From Mobula hypostoma (Eukaryota): 64,000 bases of DNA. Below the pieces are notes generated by a model. That model ran no database searches and was not told where the DNA came from. It saw nothing but the letters and a program-made list of their open reading frames with translations. The position numbers and the translations under genes were made by a program. Shown here one piece after another: positions 37,263 through 50,914 of this stretch. The first letter of the stretch is position 1. Each line of letters opens with the position of its first letter. The stretch spans positions 10,046,001-10,110,000 of the forward strand of contig NC_086101.1 in assembly GCF_963921235.1 (NCBI RefSeq), read 5' to 3'.

Positions 37263-38549
37263 TCAGAATGGAGGCCTGTGGCCAGTGCTGAATCGCACTT
37301 TTATTATTCATATTAGCTCTTTGCATGAGAAAGTAGGTGCAATAATTAGTAAGTTTGTGGAAATGAGGCAAGGAGGAAAACTGCAAAGGGGACACAGAGA
37401 AGTGGGTGGGTTATTGAACAAGCTGCCCCAGAAGATGACAGCAGAAGGTCCAATTTCAACATTTAAAAGGTATTTTTACAAGTACACAGTGAGGAAATGT
37501 TTGGGGGATATGAGGGAAAGAAAGAAAAATTGGACTGACTGAGGTAGAGATCCTGGTTGGTGATGAGGACTGAAGGGTCAAGTTCCATGCTGTCAATCTC
37601 CAAACAAAGTAAAACAGAAATAATCTGTCACAACCCCAGTCACTTGGGACAATAGGACATCAGTCTCCTCAATAAGACTGCACGGTCTACCCAGTGTGAT
37701 TGTTTGTGTTCTGTGTGCAGGGCTTGTTCTGGGCCCTGGGACGGAAATCAAACTATTGCAACACCACCTGCTTTATTGGTTTTGGTTTTTATTGTCACTT
37801 GGACCAAGACAGCTCATGTTGTTTGAGCTCACACATGACAGCAACACTGCGTTGTGATCGGCAGTGAAGGTTGTCTAAATTTACACCCGGATCCACATTA
37901 ACTGGGTGAGTGGGCAAAGGAACGGCGGGAGGAAGGTGTGGAGTGATGGATTTTGGCAAGTGAAGACAGTGCAGGGCATACAGAGGGAATGACAGGGCCC
38001 TGGGGCGTGTTATAGAGCAGGGTTACCTAGGGAAGCAAGTTTACAGATGATTGAGAGTGGAGACACAGGTTGACAAAGGGGCAAAGAAGGCTTATGAAGC
38101 AGTTGCCTTCATCGGTTAGAGCATTAACTACATGAGTTAGCATGTCAACTTACAGCTAGCTGACACTACATTACGATATTGTATGCAGTTCTGGTTGCCC
38201 AGCTAAAGAAAGAAAGGAATTAAATTGAAATGAGTGTGGGGAGATTGACACTGATGTTGCTGCGACTAATGGGCTGGATTTATAAAGAGAAACTGGATCA
38301 ATTTGAGCTGTTTTTCTCCAGAGTGAAGGAGGCTGAGGGGTGACTGCATTTGATGTTTGTGAAGTAGATAAATCAGATGGTTACAGTCATTTACCAGGGT
38401 TTATGGTGACAGGGAAAGATTGAAATGGGACCTGAGGGGCAAATTTGTTCACAGAAGATGGTGCTGACATAAAATGAGCTGCCAGAGGAAAAGTTGGAGG
38501 CAGATATGATAATAATTTAAAAGACAGTTCCATTGTTTTTTTCTTCCAT

Positions 38550-39221
38550 TGGCCACATTCCGATGTGGCCTCTTATATATTGGTGAGACCCAACACAGAC
38601 TGGGAGATCGCTTTGCTGAACACCTACGCTCTGTCCGCCAGAGAAAGCGGGATCTCCCAGTGGCCACACATTTTAATTCCACATCCCATTCCCATTCTGA
38701 CATGTCTATCCACGGCCTCCTCTACTGTAAAGATGAAGCCACACTCAGGTTGGAGGAACAACACCTTATATTCCGTCTGGGCAGCCTCCAACCTGATGGC
38801 GTGAACATCGACTTCTCTAACTTCCGCTAATGCCCCACCTCCCCCTCGTACCCCATCTGTTACTTATTTTTATACACACATTCTTTCTCTCACTCTCCTT
38901 TTTCTCCCTCTGTCCCTCTGTCCCTCTGTATATACCCCTTGCCCATCCTCTGGTTCCCCCCCCCCGTCTTTCTTCCCGGACCTCCTGTCCCATGATCCTC
39001 TCGTATTCCTTTTGCCTATCACCTGTCCATCTCCTGGCTCCATCCCTCCCCCTCTTGTCTTCTCCTATCATTTTGGATCTCCCCCTCCCACTTTCAAATC
39101 TCTTACTCACTTTTCCTTCAGTTAGTCCTGACGAAGGGTCTCAGCCTGAAACGTCGACTGCACCTCTTCCTAGAGATGCTGCCTGGCCTGCTGCGTTCAC
39201 CAGCAACTTTGATGTGTGTTG
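38550..39221 (+). mobile_element. 5'-truncated Penelope-like retroelement: GIY-YIG endonuclease plus terminal repeat
   Basis: CGLLYIGETQHRLGDRFAEHLRSV...PVATHFN...LRLEEQHLIFRLGSLQPDGVN. Candidate TSD cttccat. Confidence 0.9.
39123..39160 (+). ncRNA. Minimal type I hammerhead ribozyme motif in a Penelope-like terminal repeat
   Basis: TAGTC-CTGACGA-AGGGTCTCAGCCT-GAAAC-GTC-GACTG. Confidence 0.75.
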
Positions 39222-39349
39222 CTTCCATAGGTTTTTGATCAGAAAGTTTTAATCTATCCTTTAGAGTGATATGAGCCAAACACAGGCAAATGGAACTTGC
39301 TTATTTCACATGGAATATATCTCAATGGGACTCAGGAATAATAGGGCCC

Positions 39350-40395
39350 TTTCTGTTTGACTGTCAGTGACTTGTGGTGTTCCGCTGGGGTCAGTATTGG
39401 AAACGTTACTTTTCACGTTGTTTGCCAATCATTTGGGTAATGGAATTGATGGTTTTGTGGCAACATTTGCAGATGATACAAAGATAGGTGGAGGGATAGG
39501 CAATGCTGAGGAAGCAATGCAATTGTAGAACAACTTAGACAAATTGGAAGAATGGGCAAAAAAAGTGGCAGATGGAATACAGTGTTGGGAAATGTATGAT
39601 AATGCATTTTGGTAAAAGGACATGGACTATTATCTAAATGGGGAGAAGGTTCAAACATCAGAGGTGCAGAGGGACTTGGGAGTCCTCGTGCAAGACTCCC
39701 TGAAGGTTAATTCACATGTTGAGTCTGTGGTAAAGGCAGCAAATGCTGTGTTGGTATTTATTTCAAGAGGATAGAATATAAAAGCGAGAAGGTAATGCTG
39801 AGGCTTTATAAGACACTAGTTAAGCTGCACTTGGAACATTGTGAACAGTTTTGCGCCCCATATCTTAGAAAGGAACTGATGTCATTGGAGAGAGACCAGA
39901 GGAGCTTCATGAGGATGATTCCAGGAATGAAGGGGTTAAGATATGAGAAGCATTTGGCAGCTTTGGGTCTGTACTCACTGGAATTTAGAAGAATGCGTGG
40001 GGATCTCATTGAAACCTACTGAATGTTGAAAGGACTAGATAAGGTGGATGAGGAGAGGATGTTTCCTGTGGTGGGTTGTCCAGAACTAGAGGGCACAGTC
40101 TCAAAATTGAGAGGTGACTTTTTAAAACAGAGGTAAGGAGAATTTTTTTTTTTTAGCCAGAGAGTGATGAATCTGTGGAATGCCCTGCCACAAACTGTGG
40201 TGGAAGCCAAGTCTGTGGGTATTTTTAAAGCAGAAGTTAATTGTTTCCTTTTTGGTCAGGGCATTAAATGTTATGGTGAGAAGGCTGGTGTATGGGGTTG
40301 AGTGGGATCCGGGATCAGCCATGAAGGAAAGGTGGAGCAGACTCGATGGCCTGAATGACCTAGTTCTGCTGTCACGTGTTATAGTCTTATGGACA
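39350..40395 (+). mobile_element. CR1 3' fragment
   Basis: TFADDTKIGG; LYSLEFRRMRGDLIETY; 3' UTR. Confidence 0.85.
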
Positions 40396-40591
40396 AGTTA
40401 GTCTGAGGGGCCTGTGTCTGCGCTGTCTCTCTACAAGTCTCCTAGTGAAGGGCGGGGCCTCACATCAGAGCAGGTCTGTACAGGGTTGAAGTCAGGAAGC
40501 TTTCCCGCAAATGTGACTGATTAATCCCAGTGTATCCGGCACCTTACAATGTCATGTCGCATTAAACCCCACCCCCACCCTACCTTATTGC

Positions 40592-40758
40592 GGCCGGCCG
40601 GTGGCGTAGTGGCATCTGCACTGGACTCGAGCCGAGTGGTGCCAGGTTCGAATCCAACTGGCTCCTTGCACATGGTCGGCCTCGTAAACACAGACAAAAA
40701 TGCCTAATAAACAGCCAGGTTGCTGCCCGATGTGCCACAAGGTGCAGAAAGAACAACA
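40592..40758 (+). mobile_element. tRNA-derived SINE
   Basis: Pol III A box TGGCGTAGTGG (40602-40612), B box GGTTCGAATCC (40645-40655), non-tRNA body ending gaacaac. Confidence 0.65.
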
Positions 40759-41745
40759 TCCTATTCTCCATCTTGATCTATCTCGCCACCATATCTCCTC
40801 CCCTTCAGGGGTTTCTCTGCCGCTTCTCCTCTTTCAAGCTGTCCTCAGACCCCTCACCTCCAAACGCTCTCACAACCCTCTCTTTGCTGCACCCCACCCA
40901 CATGTCACATGCTACCTTCCTGTCACCCCCGCATAGAGCTCTCCTTCCTTCCCACTCACTCCTCTGGGAATCAGTATTCCCTCCTCTCCTTCATGATAAC
41001 TGTCAGCTCATTTCCTTTCCACTCAGCCTCACTCTCGGTAAACTGGACAGCCGCCACCTACACAGCGATTTTCTTTCTACCTTGTGCATGACCCCCGGGA
41101 AATCTATTACAACACCTGCCCTTTAAATTCATGGGTGAAGTTGTGCCTTATCCAGTCACTGTTTGAGTTCTTTATTACCTAAAGAACATTGAATGGGAAG
41201 GAAGGTGTGAATACAAGAATAACGATCTGCTCTGAAGTTGCATGTGGTCCTGGTGAGATCGTACATGGAACACTGTGCACAGGTCTGGTCTCCTCCCAGA
41301 GTCAGCCTGTGGGATGCAGGGAATGAGCAGATTTCCCAGCTTGATTTGGAGGGCTGTGGTGGTGCCCTCGGAGAAATTACACTGACTGGGCCTGTTTCAA
41401 ACTTGGAAGAATAAGAGGTGGTCTGACTGAGAGAGACACAGTCTCACAGGGTATTGACAGGGTAGAGGCAGGAATGAGAACCTGGCTGGGGTGTTGAACC
41501 AGGGGATCACAGATATAAAATAAAAAGTCACCTGAGACGAGGAGAAATTTCCTTACTCAGAGTGCGGTGAATCTTTGCAATTCTCTCCACAAGGTTTCTA
41601 AGGTTTCGGGGCTCAGGTATAATGGGGATGATGCAGGAAAGTGACGCTGAGGTTGAAGATCAGCCTTGTTGTGAATGAAGGGCAGATCAGCTGCGAGAAT
41701 GACCACACCATCTCCTATTTCTCATTTTCTAAAACACGAGCTTAC

Positions 41746-42100
41746 CTTTGAGCCCTGTTCTCCCTTGGCCTTCAGTCTGTTGGAGCGGTGAGAGCACCAG
41801 AAATCCACCAGCAGCCGCTGCGGTACGGCTCTCGTCTCCCAACAGCATGAGACGGGTTTAGGAGACAGCTGCAGACAACAGGCTCCGATCCTCGGCAGGG
41901 AAAAACCGGGCACCCTCCATGTAGCTAAAATATCTCACGAAATATCCGCCAGATTCTATTCACCCCCACCACGAAAAGTTTCGCGGCACCGACTGTGTGG
42001 CAGCCTTTGCCCGAGGTGGAGCTCCCACGTCCGGTCTCTCCCCCGACCCACTCGTTCCGGGTTCCGAACTCCCGGCCCGCGTTCAATTCGCCGAGTGATC
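41746..42100 (-). other. Putative first exon (5' UTR or short leader MLLGDESRTAAAAGGFLVLSPLQQTEGQGRTGLK from ATG 41848)
   Basis: CpG-rich unique sequence ending in the consensus donor AAG|gtaagc at 41745, directly downstream of the promoter motifs. Confidence 0.5.
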
Positions 42101-42240
42101 TGCGGGACGCCCAGTGACGCTAGACGGGGCTAACACCGCGACCAATGAAAAGTAGCCTCTCCACGCATTAATCGCTGATTGGCTGACATTGTGATGGGGG
42201 CGGTTTGTCGCTGGGCGACGTCAACTGATGGCAGCGCCGA
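42100..42240 (-). promoter_or_regulatory. CpG-rich TATA-less promoter: two CCAAT boxes, a GC box and CRE-like sites
   Basis: CCAAT 42142-42146, CTGATTGGCTG 42175-42185, GGGGCGG 42197-42203, GACGTCA 42217-42223, TGACGC 42115-42120. Confidence 0.65.
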
Positions 42241-42244
42241 GTTT

Positions 42245-45200
42245 CAAAGTTGGAAGTAAAAATTTATTATCAGAGTGCATACCTGTCACCGCATACAACA
42301 CTAAGAATCTTTTTCTGCGGGCATACTTCTCAAAGCTATAGAACAGTAAACTGTAAACATCAGGAACTGTTAACTGTAACAATCTGCAAATGCAGATATC
42401 AATAAATAGCAATAAATAACATGATATAACAATACAACATCCATCAATATAACAGAGTCCTTAAGTGAGTGTGTCGTCCCCTTTTGTTCAAGAGCCTGAT
42501 GGTGGAGAGGTAGTAACTGTTCTTGAACCGAGCGGTGCACGTCCTGGGGCACTTGTACCTTCTACCTGATGGTAGAAGTGAGAAAAGAGCATGGCCTGGG
42601 TGGCGAGGGTCTTTCATTATTGATGCTGCTTTTCCACCGCAACGTTTAATGCAGATGTTCTCAATGGTTAGGAGGGTTTTCAGCGTGATGTACTCAGAAC
42701 ATTTCACTACCTTTTGTAGGAATCTCAGCTCAAAGACTTTGGTGTCCCCATACCAGGCAGTAATGCAGCCAGTCAGCACACATCTAAAGAAGTTTGCCAA
42801 GGTTTTCGATGACATGCCGAACCTCCGCAGACTCCTGAGGAACTAGAGGTGCTGTCGTACCTTCTTCGCAATAATATTTATATGATGGGTCCAGGACAGG
42901 TTCTCTGAAATAGTGGCACTCAGGAATTTAAAGTTACTGACACTCTCCACCTCCAATGATTACTGGCTCATAGGTCGCTGGTTTCCCTCTCCTGAAGTCC
43001 ACAATCAGTTCCTTGGTCTTATTGACATTGAGTGAGAGGCTGTTGTTATGACACCACTCAACCAGGTTTTCAATCTCCCTCCTGTATGCTGATTCATCAC
43101 CACCTTTGATTCGGCCCACAACAGTGATATCACCAGCAAACTTTTAAATGGTGATGGAGCTGAATTTGGCCACACAGTCACAGGTGTAAAGTGGGTAGAA
43201 CAGAGGGTTAAGTGCACATCCCTGTGGTACTCCTTTGCTGATGGAGATTGTGGAAGAGATGTTTTTGCCAAACTGAACCGACAAAATGCAGGATCCATTT
43301 GTACAAGGGGGTATTGAGGCCCAGATCTTCAAGTTTACTGATTGGTTTTGGGATGATGGTGCTGTAATCCTAATGAACGCATCTTTGCTATGCAGTTGTT
43401 CCAGAGTTGTGTGAAGAGCCAGTGAGGTAGCATCTGCTGTAGACCTGTTGCATCCGGAGGTGAACTGGAGCAGATCCAAGTCACCATTCAGACAGGAGCT
43501 GATTGTCTTCAACAGCAGCCTCTCAAAACCCTTCATCACTGTGGATGTATGTTTCACTTGGTGATAGACATTTTGACAGGTTACCATGTACTTCCTGATC
43601 GAATCCTGCCTGAAACATAGAAACATAGAAACATAGAAAATAGGTGCAGGAGTAGGCCATTCGGCCCTTCGAGCCTGCACCGCCATTTATTATGATCATG
43701 GCTGATCATCCAACTCAGAACCCCGCCCCAGCCTTCCCTCCATACCCCCTGACCCCTGCAGCCACAAGGGCCATATCTAACTTCCTTTTAAACATAGCTA
43801 ATGAACTGGCCTCAACAGTTTGCTGTGGCAGAGAATTCCACAGATTCACCACTCTCTGTGTGAAGAAGTTTTTCCTAATCTCGGTCCTAAAAGGCTTCCC
43901 CTCTATCCTCAAACTGTGACCCCTCGTTCTGGACCTCCCCAACATCGGGAACAATCTTCCCGCATCTAGCCTGTCCAATCCCTTTAGGATCTTATACGTT
44001 TCAATCAGATCCCCTCTCAATCTTCTAAATTCCAACGAGTACAAGCTCAGTTCATCCAGTCTTTCTTCATATGAAAGACCTGCCATCCCAGGAATCAATC
44101 TGGTGAACCTTCTTTGTACTCCCTCTATGGCAAAGATGTCTTTCCTCAGATTAGGGGACCAAAACTGCACACAATACTCCAGGTGTGGTCTCACCAAGGC
44201 CTTGTACAACTGCAGTAGTACCTCCCTGCTCCTGTACTCGAATCCTCTCGCTATAAATGCCAGTATACCGTTCGCCTTTTTCACCGCCTGCTGTACCTGC
44301 ATGCCCACTTTCAATGACTGGTGTATAATGACACCCAGGTCTCGTTGCACCTCCCCTTTTCCTAATCGGCCACCATTCAGATAATAATCTGTTTTCCTAT
44401 TTTTGCCACCAAAGTGGATAACTTCACATTTATCCACATTAAATTGCATCTGCCATGAGTTTGCCCACTCACCCAACCTATCCAAGTCACCCTGCATCCT
44501 CTTAGCATCCTCCTCACTGCTAACACTGCCACCCAGCTTCGTGTCATCCGCAAACTTGGAGATGCTGCATTTAATTCCCTCATCCAAGTCATTAATATAT
44601 ATTGTAAACAACTGGGGTCCCAGCACTGAGCCTTGCGGTACCCCACTAGTCACCGCCTGCCATTCTGAAAAGGTCCCGTTTATTCCCACTCTTTGCTTCC
44701 TGTCTGCTAACCAATTCTCCACCCACACCAATACCTTACCCCCAATACCGTGTGCTTTAAGTTTGCACACTAATCTCCTGTGTGGGACCTTGTCAAAAGC
44801 CTTTTAAAAATCCAAATATACCACATCCACTGGTTCTCCCCTATCCACTCTACTAGTTACATCCTCAAAAAATTCTATGAGATTCGTCAGACATGATTTT
44901 CCTTTCACAAATCCATGCTGACTTTGTCCAATCATTTCACCGCTTTCCAAATGTGCTGTTATCACATCCTTGATAACTGACTCCAGCAGTTTCCCCACCA
45001 CCGACGTTAGGCTAACCGGCCTATAATTCCCCGGTTTCTCTCTCCCTCCTTTTTTAAAAAGTGGGGTTACATTAGCCACCCTCCAATCCTCAGGAACTAG
45101 TCCAGAATCTAACGAGTTTTGAAAAATTATCACTAATGCATCCACTATTTCTTGGGCTACTTCCTTAAGCACTCTGGGATGCAGACCATCTGGCCCTGGG

Positions 45201-45960
45201 GATTTATCTGCCTTCAATCCCTTCAATTTACCAGATGGCACCACACACTGTTGGAGTAAGACATTGACGATACCTGTGAATACACCAGTCAGTTGGTCAG
45301 CACAGGTCTTCAGTACTCAGCCAGGTACTTCATCTGGACTGGATGCTTTCCTTGGATTCATTCTCTTGAAGGCAGTCTGCATGTCATCTTCAGATACTGA
45401 GACCAAAGGATCATCGGGTGACATAGGGGTGCACAATTGTTCCTCCCTGTTCTGGTGGTCAAAGCGAGTGTACAAGGCTTTGAGCTCATCTGGAAGCAAA
45501 GCACAGCTGTCCCATATGTCACAGGATTTAGCTTTGTAGGAGGTTATGGCATTCAAACAGTGCCACAGCTGTTGAGATCCCACTTTGATTCTTGTCTAGT
45601 CTGGAATCTCCACTTCGCCTGAGAGTTGGCTTTCTGGAGATCATACCTGCACCTCTGTAGCATTGTTGATCTACTTGAATGCCTCTGATCTGGCTGTCAG
45701 CATGTCCTGGGTTTCATTATTTATCCAAGACTTCTGATTGGGGAGACACTCATCCACAGCTGTTTTAATAAAGTCTGGAACCACCCTGGTGTAGTCATTT
45801 AGGTCCTCAGATGAGTTCTTGAACATGGCCCAGTCCACTAACTCAAGGCAATCCTGTAACCGTTCCTCTGCCTCCTGCGACCTCTTGGCTGTCTTGATCT
45901 CTGGAGCCTTGCTCTGGGTGCAGGTAGCAGGAGTACGGCCAAATGATCCGAATTGCTGAA
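42245..45960 (-). mobile_element. Rex1/Babar-like LINE, split by a CR1 insertion at 43613-45230
   Basis: MSSKTLANFFRC, NVNKTKELIVDFRR, STVMKGFERL, NPRKASSPDEVPG. Confidence 0.8.
43613..45230 (-). mobile_element. Young 5'-truncated CR1 LINE: RT nearly intact, (TTTCTATG)n tail
   Basis: The 146-aa and 351-aa ORFs are one frame broken only by TAA at 44806-44804 (LDF*KAFDKV). Confidence 0.93.
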
Positions 45961-47117
45961 GGTTTCTTCTCAGAATCAGAATCAGAATCAGGTTTAATGT
46001 AAATCAGAGCAGCGTTCACAAAATGCTGGAGGAACTCAGCAGGATAGGCAGCATCTATGGAAGAGAATAAAGAGTAAATTCTTTGGGGCAAGACCCTTCA
46101 TCAGGACTGGAAAGGAAGGGAGGGGGGGAAAGCCAGTATAAGAAGTTGAATGGGGGAGTAGAAGGAGTACCAGCTGGCGGGTGATCGGTGAAGTCAGGTG
46201 AGGGGGAAAAGTGGGTGAGTGTAGAGGGCAGTTTGCTTGGGAGAGCATGCGCAGAGTCGCCAGTTACCGGCGCCATCTTGTTCATCAAGTGGCAGAGGGG
46301 AAATGGCAGTCCGACACTGAGTTCAGTGCAGACTGGCAAATCCTGCAACACTGCTGCTGCCAGACCATACTGGTCTCTGCTGTAGTTTTGGATCGATCAG
46401 CGGCGGAGCCTGATACAGAGGCATCATTGTGCTCTCCATATTGTGTTGTCCCGGCTTGCGTATACCCTGTAGATAGACAGGACGCATCATTCATGGCAGA
46501 CCCCGATCAACGGGGGACTCTCCTACATCTAAGTGCAATGAAGTGTGTCATTTACCTTAACTACCAACACACCACAGGATGTGCTGGGGGCAGCTCACAA
46601 TTGCTGCCACCCATACTGGCACCAAGACAGTCTGCCCACAATGCCCAGGTAATACAGAACACAACAAGCAACAAAACAATAACAGCAAAAACACACCTCC
46701 TTCCTCCCTCGCACAAACGGGCTTTAACACAGCACAGGCCTCCCAGCTCCAGCCCTGCAGACACGGGATGTCTGTGATGTGAAAAGCTGGGCAATTATTC
46801 TCGAGTTCAATATCAAGAACAGTGAGGTACGGGTACAGTGAAAACTCTCTTGCAGCAGCATCACGGACAATATAAATGATATATAAATTATACACAAATA
46901 TTTCAGCTTCCTTTTCTGCGAAACCGACTGAAGGTGTTACTTACCGGTCAACTGGCAGGACAAAGTCTTTATTTATCAGTCTGGTTTGCATTTCTATCCG
47001 ATCATCTCTTTTTATGCTAAGCATCATCTTTATCTGTCATTCATCTGCCCAAGAGAAATGAATACAAAAAAAGTGAGGTACTTGCTTTGGTTATGTCAGC
47101 CATTGTTTATACCTTCA

Positions 47118-47290
47118 GTTCAAATCTCTTACTAGCTCTTCCTTCAGTTAGTCCTGACGAAGGGTCTCGGCCTGAAATGTCGACTCTACCTCTTCCTAGA
47201 GATGCTGCCTGGCCTGCTGCGTTCACCAGCAACTTTGATGTGTGTTTCTTGACGTGCTTCCTTTCTTTCAAATTTCCAGCATCTGCAGAC
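47118..47290 (+). mobile_element. Penelope-like terminal repeat with a hammerhead variant (47149-47185, GAAATGTC)
   Basis: Matches 39095-39221. C-to-T change breaks the perfect ACGT palindrome. Confidence 0.75.
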
Positions 47291-49749
47291 AGAGAGGACC
47301 AAAGCCCATTAATACCACACTGCCCATCAAGCACCATGTCATGCTTCCCACACTCCTTCAGACGAGAAGAAGCAGGGGCAGAATTAGACCAGTCAATTCT
47401 GGCTGATTTTGTTTTTCTTTAACCCCATTCTGCCTGTTACCCTCAAACACCCCTCATCAATCAAGAACCTGCCTTGATCTCTTTCCTGCTCTCTTTTTGC
47501 ACTACTTATTAAATTTAATCGTCTATGTACATTACTAGTTGTAATTTATATAACGTTTATGTATTACACTGTACTGCTGCTGTAAAACAAACAATATCAC
47601 AACATATGCCAATTACATCAGTTTAATTTTTAACTTAATTTTATTTAGAGGTACAGCACAGAACTTGCCATTCCCACACAACAATCTCGACCAGCAACCC
47701 AACAACTTAATCCTGGCTGAATCACGGGACAATTTACAGTGACAGTTAGCCTTCTAACCAGCAGATCTTTACACTGTCGGGGGGAAACCATGCACACATG
47801 GGAAGGAGCATAAAAAGTTTCTTTCAGAGAATACTGGGATTGAACTCTGAACTCTGATGCCCCGAGCTGTAATAGCATCATTCTAACTCTATCGTGGTGT
47901 ACTGATTCTAATTCTAATCCACCAGTCTTTGCCTTATATAAACACATTCACTTGATCTCCATAGCACTCTGAGACAACGAATTCCACAGATTCACCACAC
48001 TCTCTAAAAGTATGTCCTTTTGTTCTGAGACTGTATCCTCTCCATGTTCACTCTGTCTAAGCCTTTCAGCATCCTGTAGGATTCAATGAAATCCCCCTCT
48101 ATATCTGTCTGAACTCCATTGAGAACAGGTGCAGAGATATCAAACACTCCTCATACATAAGGCATTAAATTCCTGGCATCAATCTTGAGAACCTCCTCTG
48201 GACCCTCCCCAATGCTTTCCTGAGATACAGGACCTGAAATTGCTCACAATACTTCAATTTCAGTCTGACCAGTGCCTGAGAAAGCCTCTGTATTACATCC
48301 TTGCTTTTATATTCCAGTCCTCTTAAAATGAATGCTAACATTGCATTTGTTTTCCGCACCACTGACTCAACTTGAGTCACAGTCTAGTGCTTGGTCAGCT
48401 CGGAGTTAAAAACCTGAAGGTGCTAGTCAGGAGGTCGAGGCCTGAGGGAGTCGTGAGAGCCCGTCATGCGCCCAGATGACGGGTGTCAGAAGTCAGTGCG
48501 AGTCGAGGCCCAAAGGTCAAACACATGATCGACGAGTCGAACTTCAACTTCAACCCTGTCTTAATATCCACTCGAACAAAAGAGTTCTTCTGGCAGGTTG
48601 TGAAAGAACTCTCTTATCATCTCTATTCCTTCTTTCACAGCATCCGCACATCACTAGCTCGGCGAGCACTCACTACCCACTCATACTTGAACGTATTAAG
48701 GAACCCCTCAACCAGGACATTGCTACCAGCAGTGAGGAAGTACAGGAGCCTGAAGACCCACACTTAACATTTTAGAAACAGCTTCTTCCCCTCCAACATC
48801 AGATTTCTGAATGGACAATAAACGCACAATTTTTAAAATCTTTTTGTACTACTAAATTATTTTAATTTTTATACATTATATGCAGGGGACTGAAGAGCCA
48901 TACTCAACATTTATGAAACAGTTTATTCCTCGATCCCACCTAAATAGAAAATAAACTCACTATTTCTGATCACTTTTTGCACCACAATTTAATTTATAGT
49001 TTTCAAGCTCAAGTCAAAGTTTAATCTCCATTCAACCATATATGAACATAGTGAAACGAAACAGCATTCTAAGGGGCCAATGTACAAAACAGATTACTGA
49101 CAGCACACAGCACTGCACATATAGTTATGATTTCAGAAAAATATAGAAGTCATGCAGCCACACAAAAAGTAATGTTCGCAAATTCCTGCGTGGGCTGGCC
49201 TGTAGACTGACGGTGGACGGGACGTTGTCCTGGTCCAGCTTGTCGCGGAGCGACAGCACTGACGAGAGGGTCCAACCCCAACCCAGCATGGATTCCAGCA
49301 CACCCACACTCTGCTCTCTCCCACACCGCCTCCCGTGTCTCCTCCCACGTGCGGCTGCAACGCGTATTACACTGTACTGCCTTGCAATACAACAAATTTC
49401 ATGATGTATGCCAGTGATATTAAACCTACTTCTGGTCCTGACTTCGGATCTGAGTTGCCATCACTCTGGAGCTCTCCCACTGAATCGCTCAGATTCAGGT
49501 TCAGATTTATTTATTCAGATTCATTTATCTATCACAAGTACATCGAAACATACAGTGAAATGTGCTGTTTCCATTAATACACAACTCAAACTGAGGATGT
49601 GCTGAGGGCAGAGAGCAACTGTCACCACACATTTTAGCGCCAACATGGGATGTCCACAACGTTCAGCAGAACGACTCAAGCAACAGCAACAAAAACAGCC
49701 ACAAAAAATACTCTTCCCACCTTCACACCCGCTCACCCACTCAGACACA

Positions 49750-50700
49750 CTAGCAGCGCTCCTTGTAAGATGTGCTCAATGTTGGTGAAGGCTTTTCCTG
49801 TGATGCTCTGGGCTGTGATCGCTCTGGGCTGTGATCACTCTGGGCATTTGTGTTTCCATACCAGGTTCTGATGCAGGCAGTCAGGATACTCCCCACTGCG
49901 CATCTACAGAAGTTTGTCCAAGTTTTCAATGGCAGGCCAAATCTGCGCATACTTCAAAGAAGTAGGGCACTGTTGTGTCTTCTTTGTTTTTACAGTCATG
50001 TGCTGCCGCCAGGACAGATCAGCTGAAAAGATAATTCAAGGAATTTGAAGTTTCCGACCGTCTCCACCTCTGATCCTCTGATGAGGTCTGGCTCATGGAC
50101 TTCCGGTTTCTTTCTCCTGTACTCAATAATCAATCTTTGGTTTAACTGACATTGAGTGAGATGCCATTGTTGTGTCACCACTCAGCCAGATTTTCAGTCT
50201 CCCTCGTAGGTGCCAATCCATCATCACCTTTAATCCAGCCAACAACGGTGATGCTGTCAACAAACTTGCTATCATATTGCAGCTGTGTTTAGCCTTGGAG
50301 TCACAAAATAAACAGAGCTGAACAGGGAGGCTAAGAACAAAGCCTTGTCATGCACTGATGCTGATGGTGATTGTGGAGGGGATGTTGTTGCCAATCTATA
50401 ATGACTGGGGTCTGAAACTGAGGAAATCAAAGATCCACTTGTACAAGGAGGTTTCAAGGCCTTGGTCTTGGAGCTTATTGATTAGTTCTGATAGGATGAT
50501 AGTGTTGAAAGAAGAGCATTCCGATGTATGCATCTTCACTGTCCAAATCTTCCAGGGCTGTGAAGAGCCAGTGAAATGGCATCTTCTGTGACTGTAGATA
50601 AATTGGACAGCAGTCACTCCTCAGGGAGGAGCTGATATGGTTCATGACCAACCTCTCAAAGCACTTCATCACAGTGGATGGAAGTTCCACTGGATGATAG
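49750..50700 (-). mobile_element. Decayed Rex1/Babar-like LINE
   Basis: STVMKCFERLVM; RRFGLPLKTWTNFCRC. Confidence 0.7.
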
Positions 50701-50914
50701 CAGGTCAGGCAGCATCGGTGGATCGTTCGATGTTTTGGGCCAAGACTGAGCCAGGACTGGAAAGGAAGGAAGAAGATGTCAGAACATGGTGGGGGGGGGG
50801 AGGGGAAGGAGTAGAAGGTGACAAGTGGTAGATGAGACGAAGAGAGAGGGAAGGTGTGTGGGTGGGAAGGACGGATGAAGTATGAAGCTGGGAGGAGTTA
50901 GGTGGAAGAGTTTG

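Noticed and set aside
40592..40665. tRNA gene
   Set aside because: A and B boxes are present but there is no convincing cloverleaf or terminator, and it continues into a SINE-like body.
42100..42190. MHC-type SXY promoter module
   Set aside because: CRE-like and CCAAT motifs are present but orientation and spacing do not fit X2-Y, and no X1 or S box is evident.
43715..44770. 351-aa ORF as a host gene
   Set aside because: It is CR1 reverse transcriptase from a 5'-truncated copy with a repeat tail.
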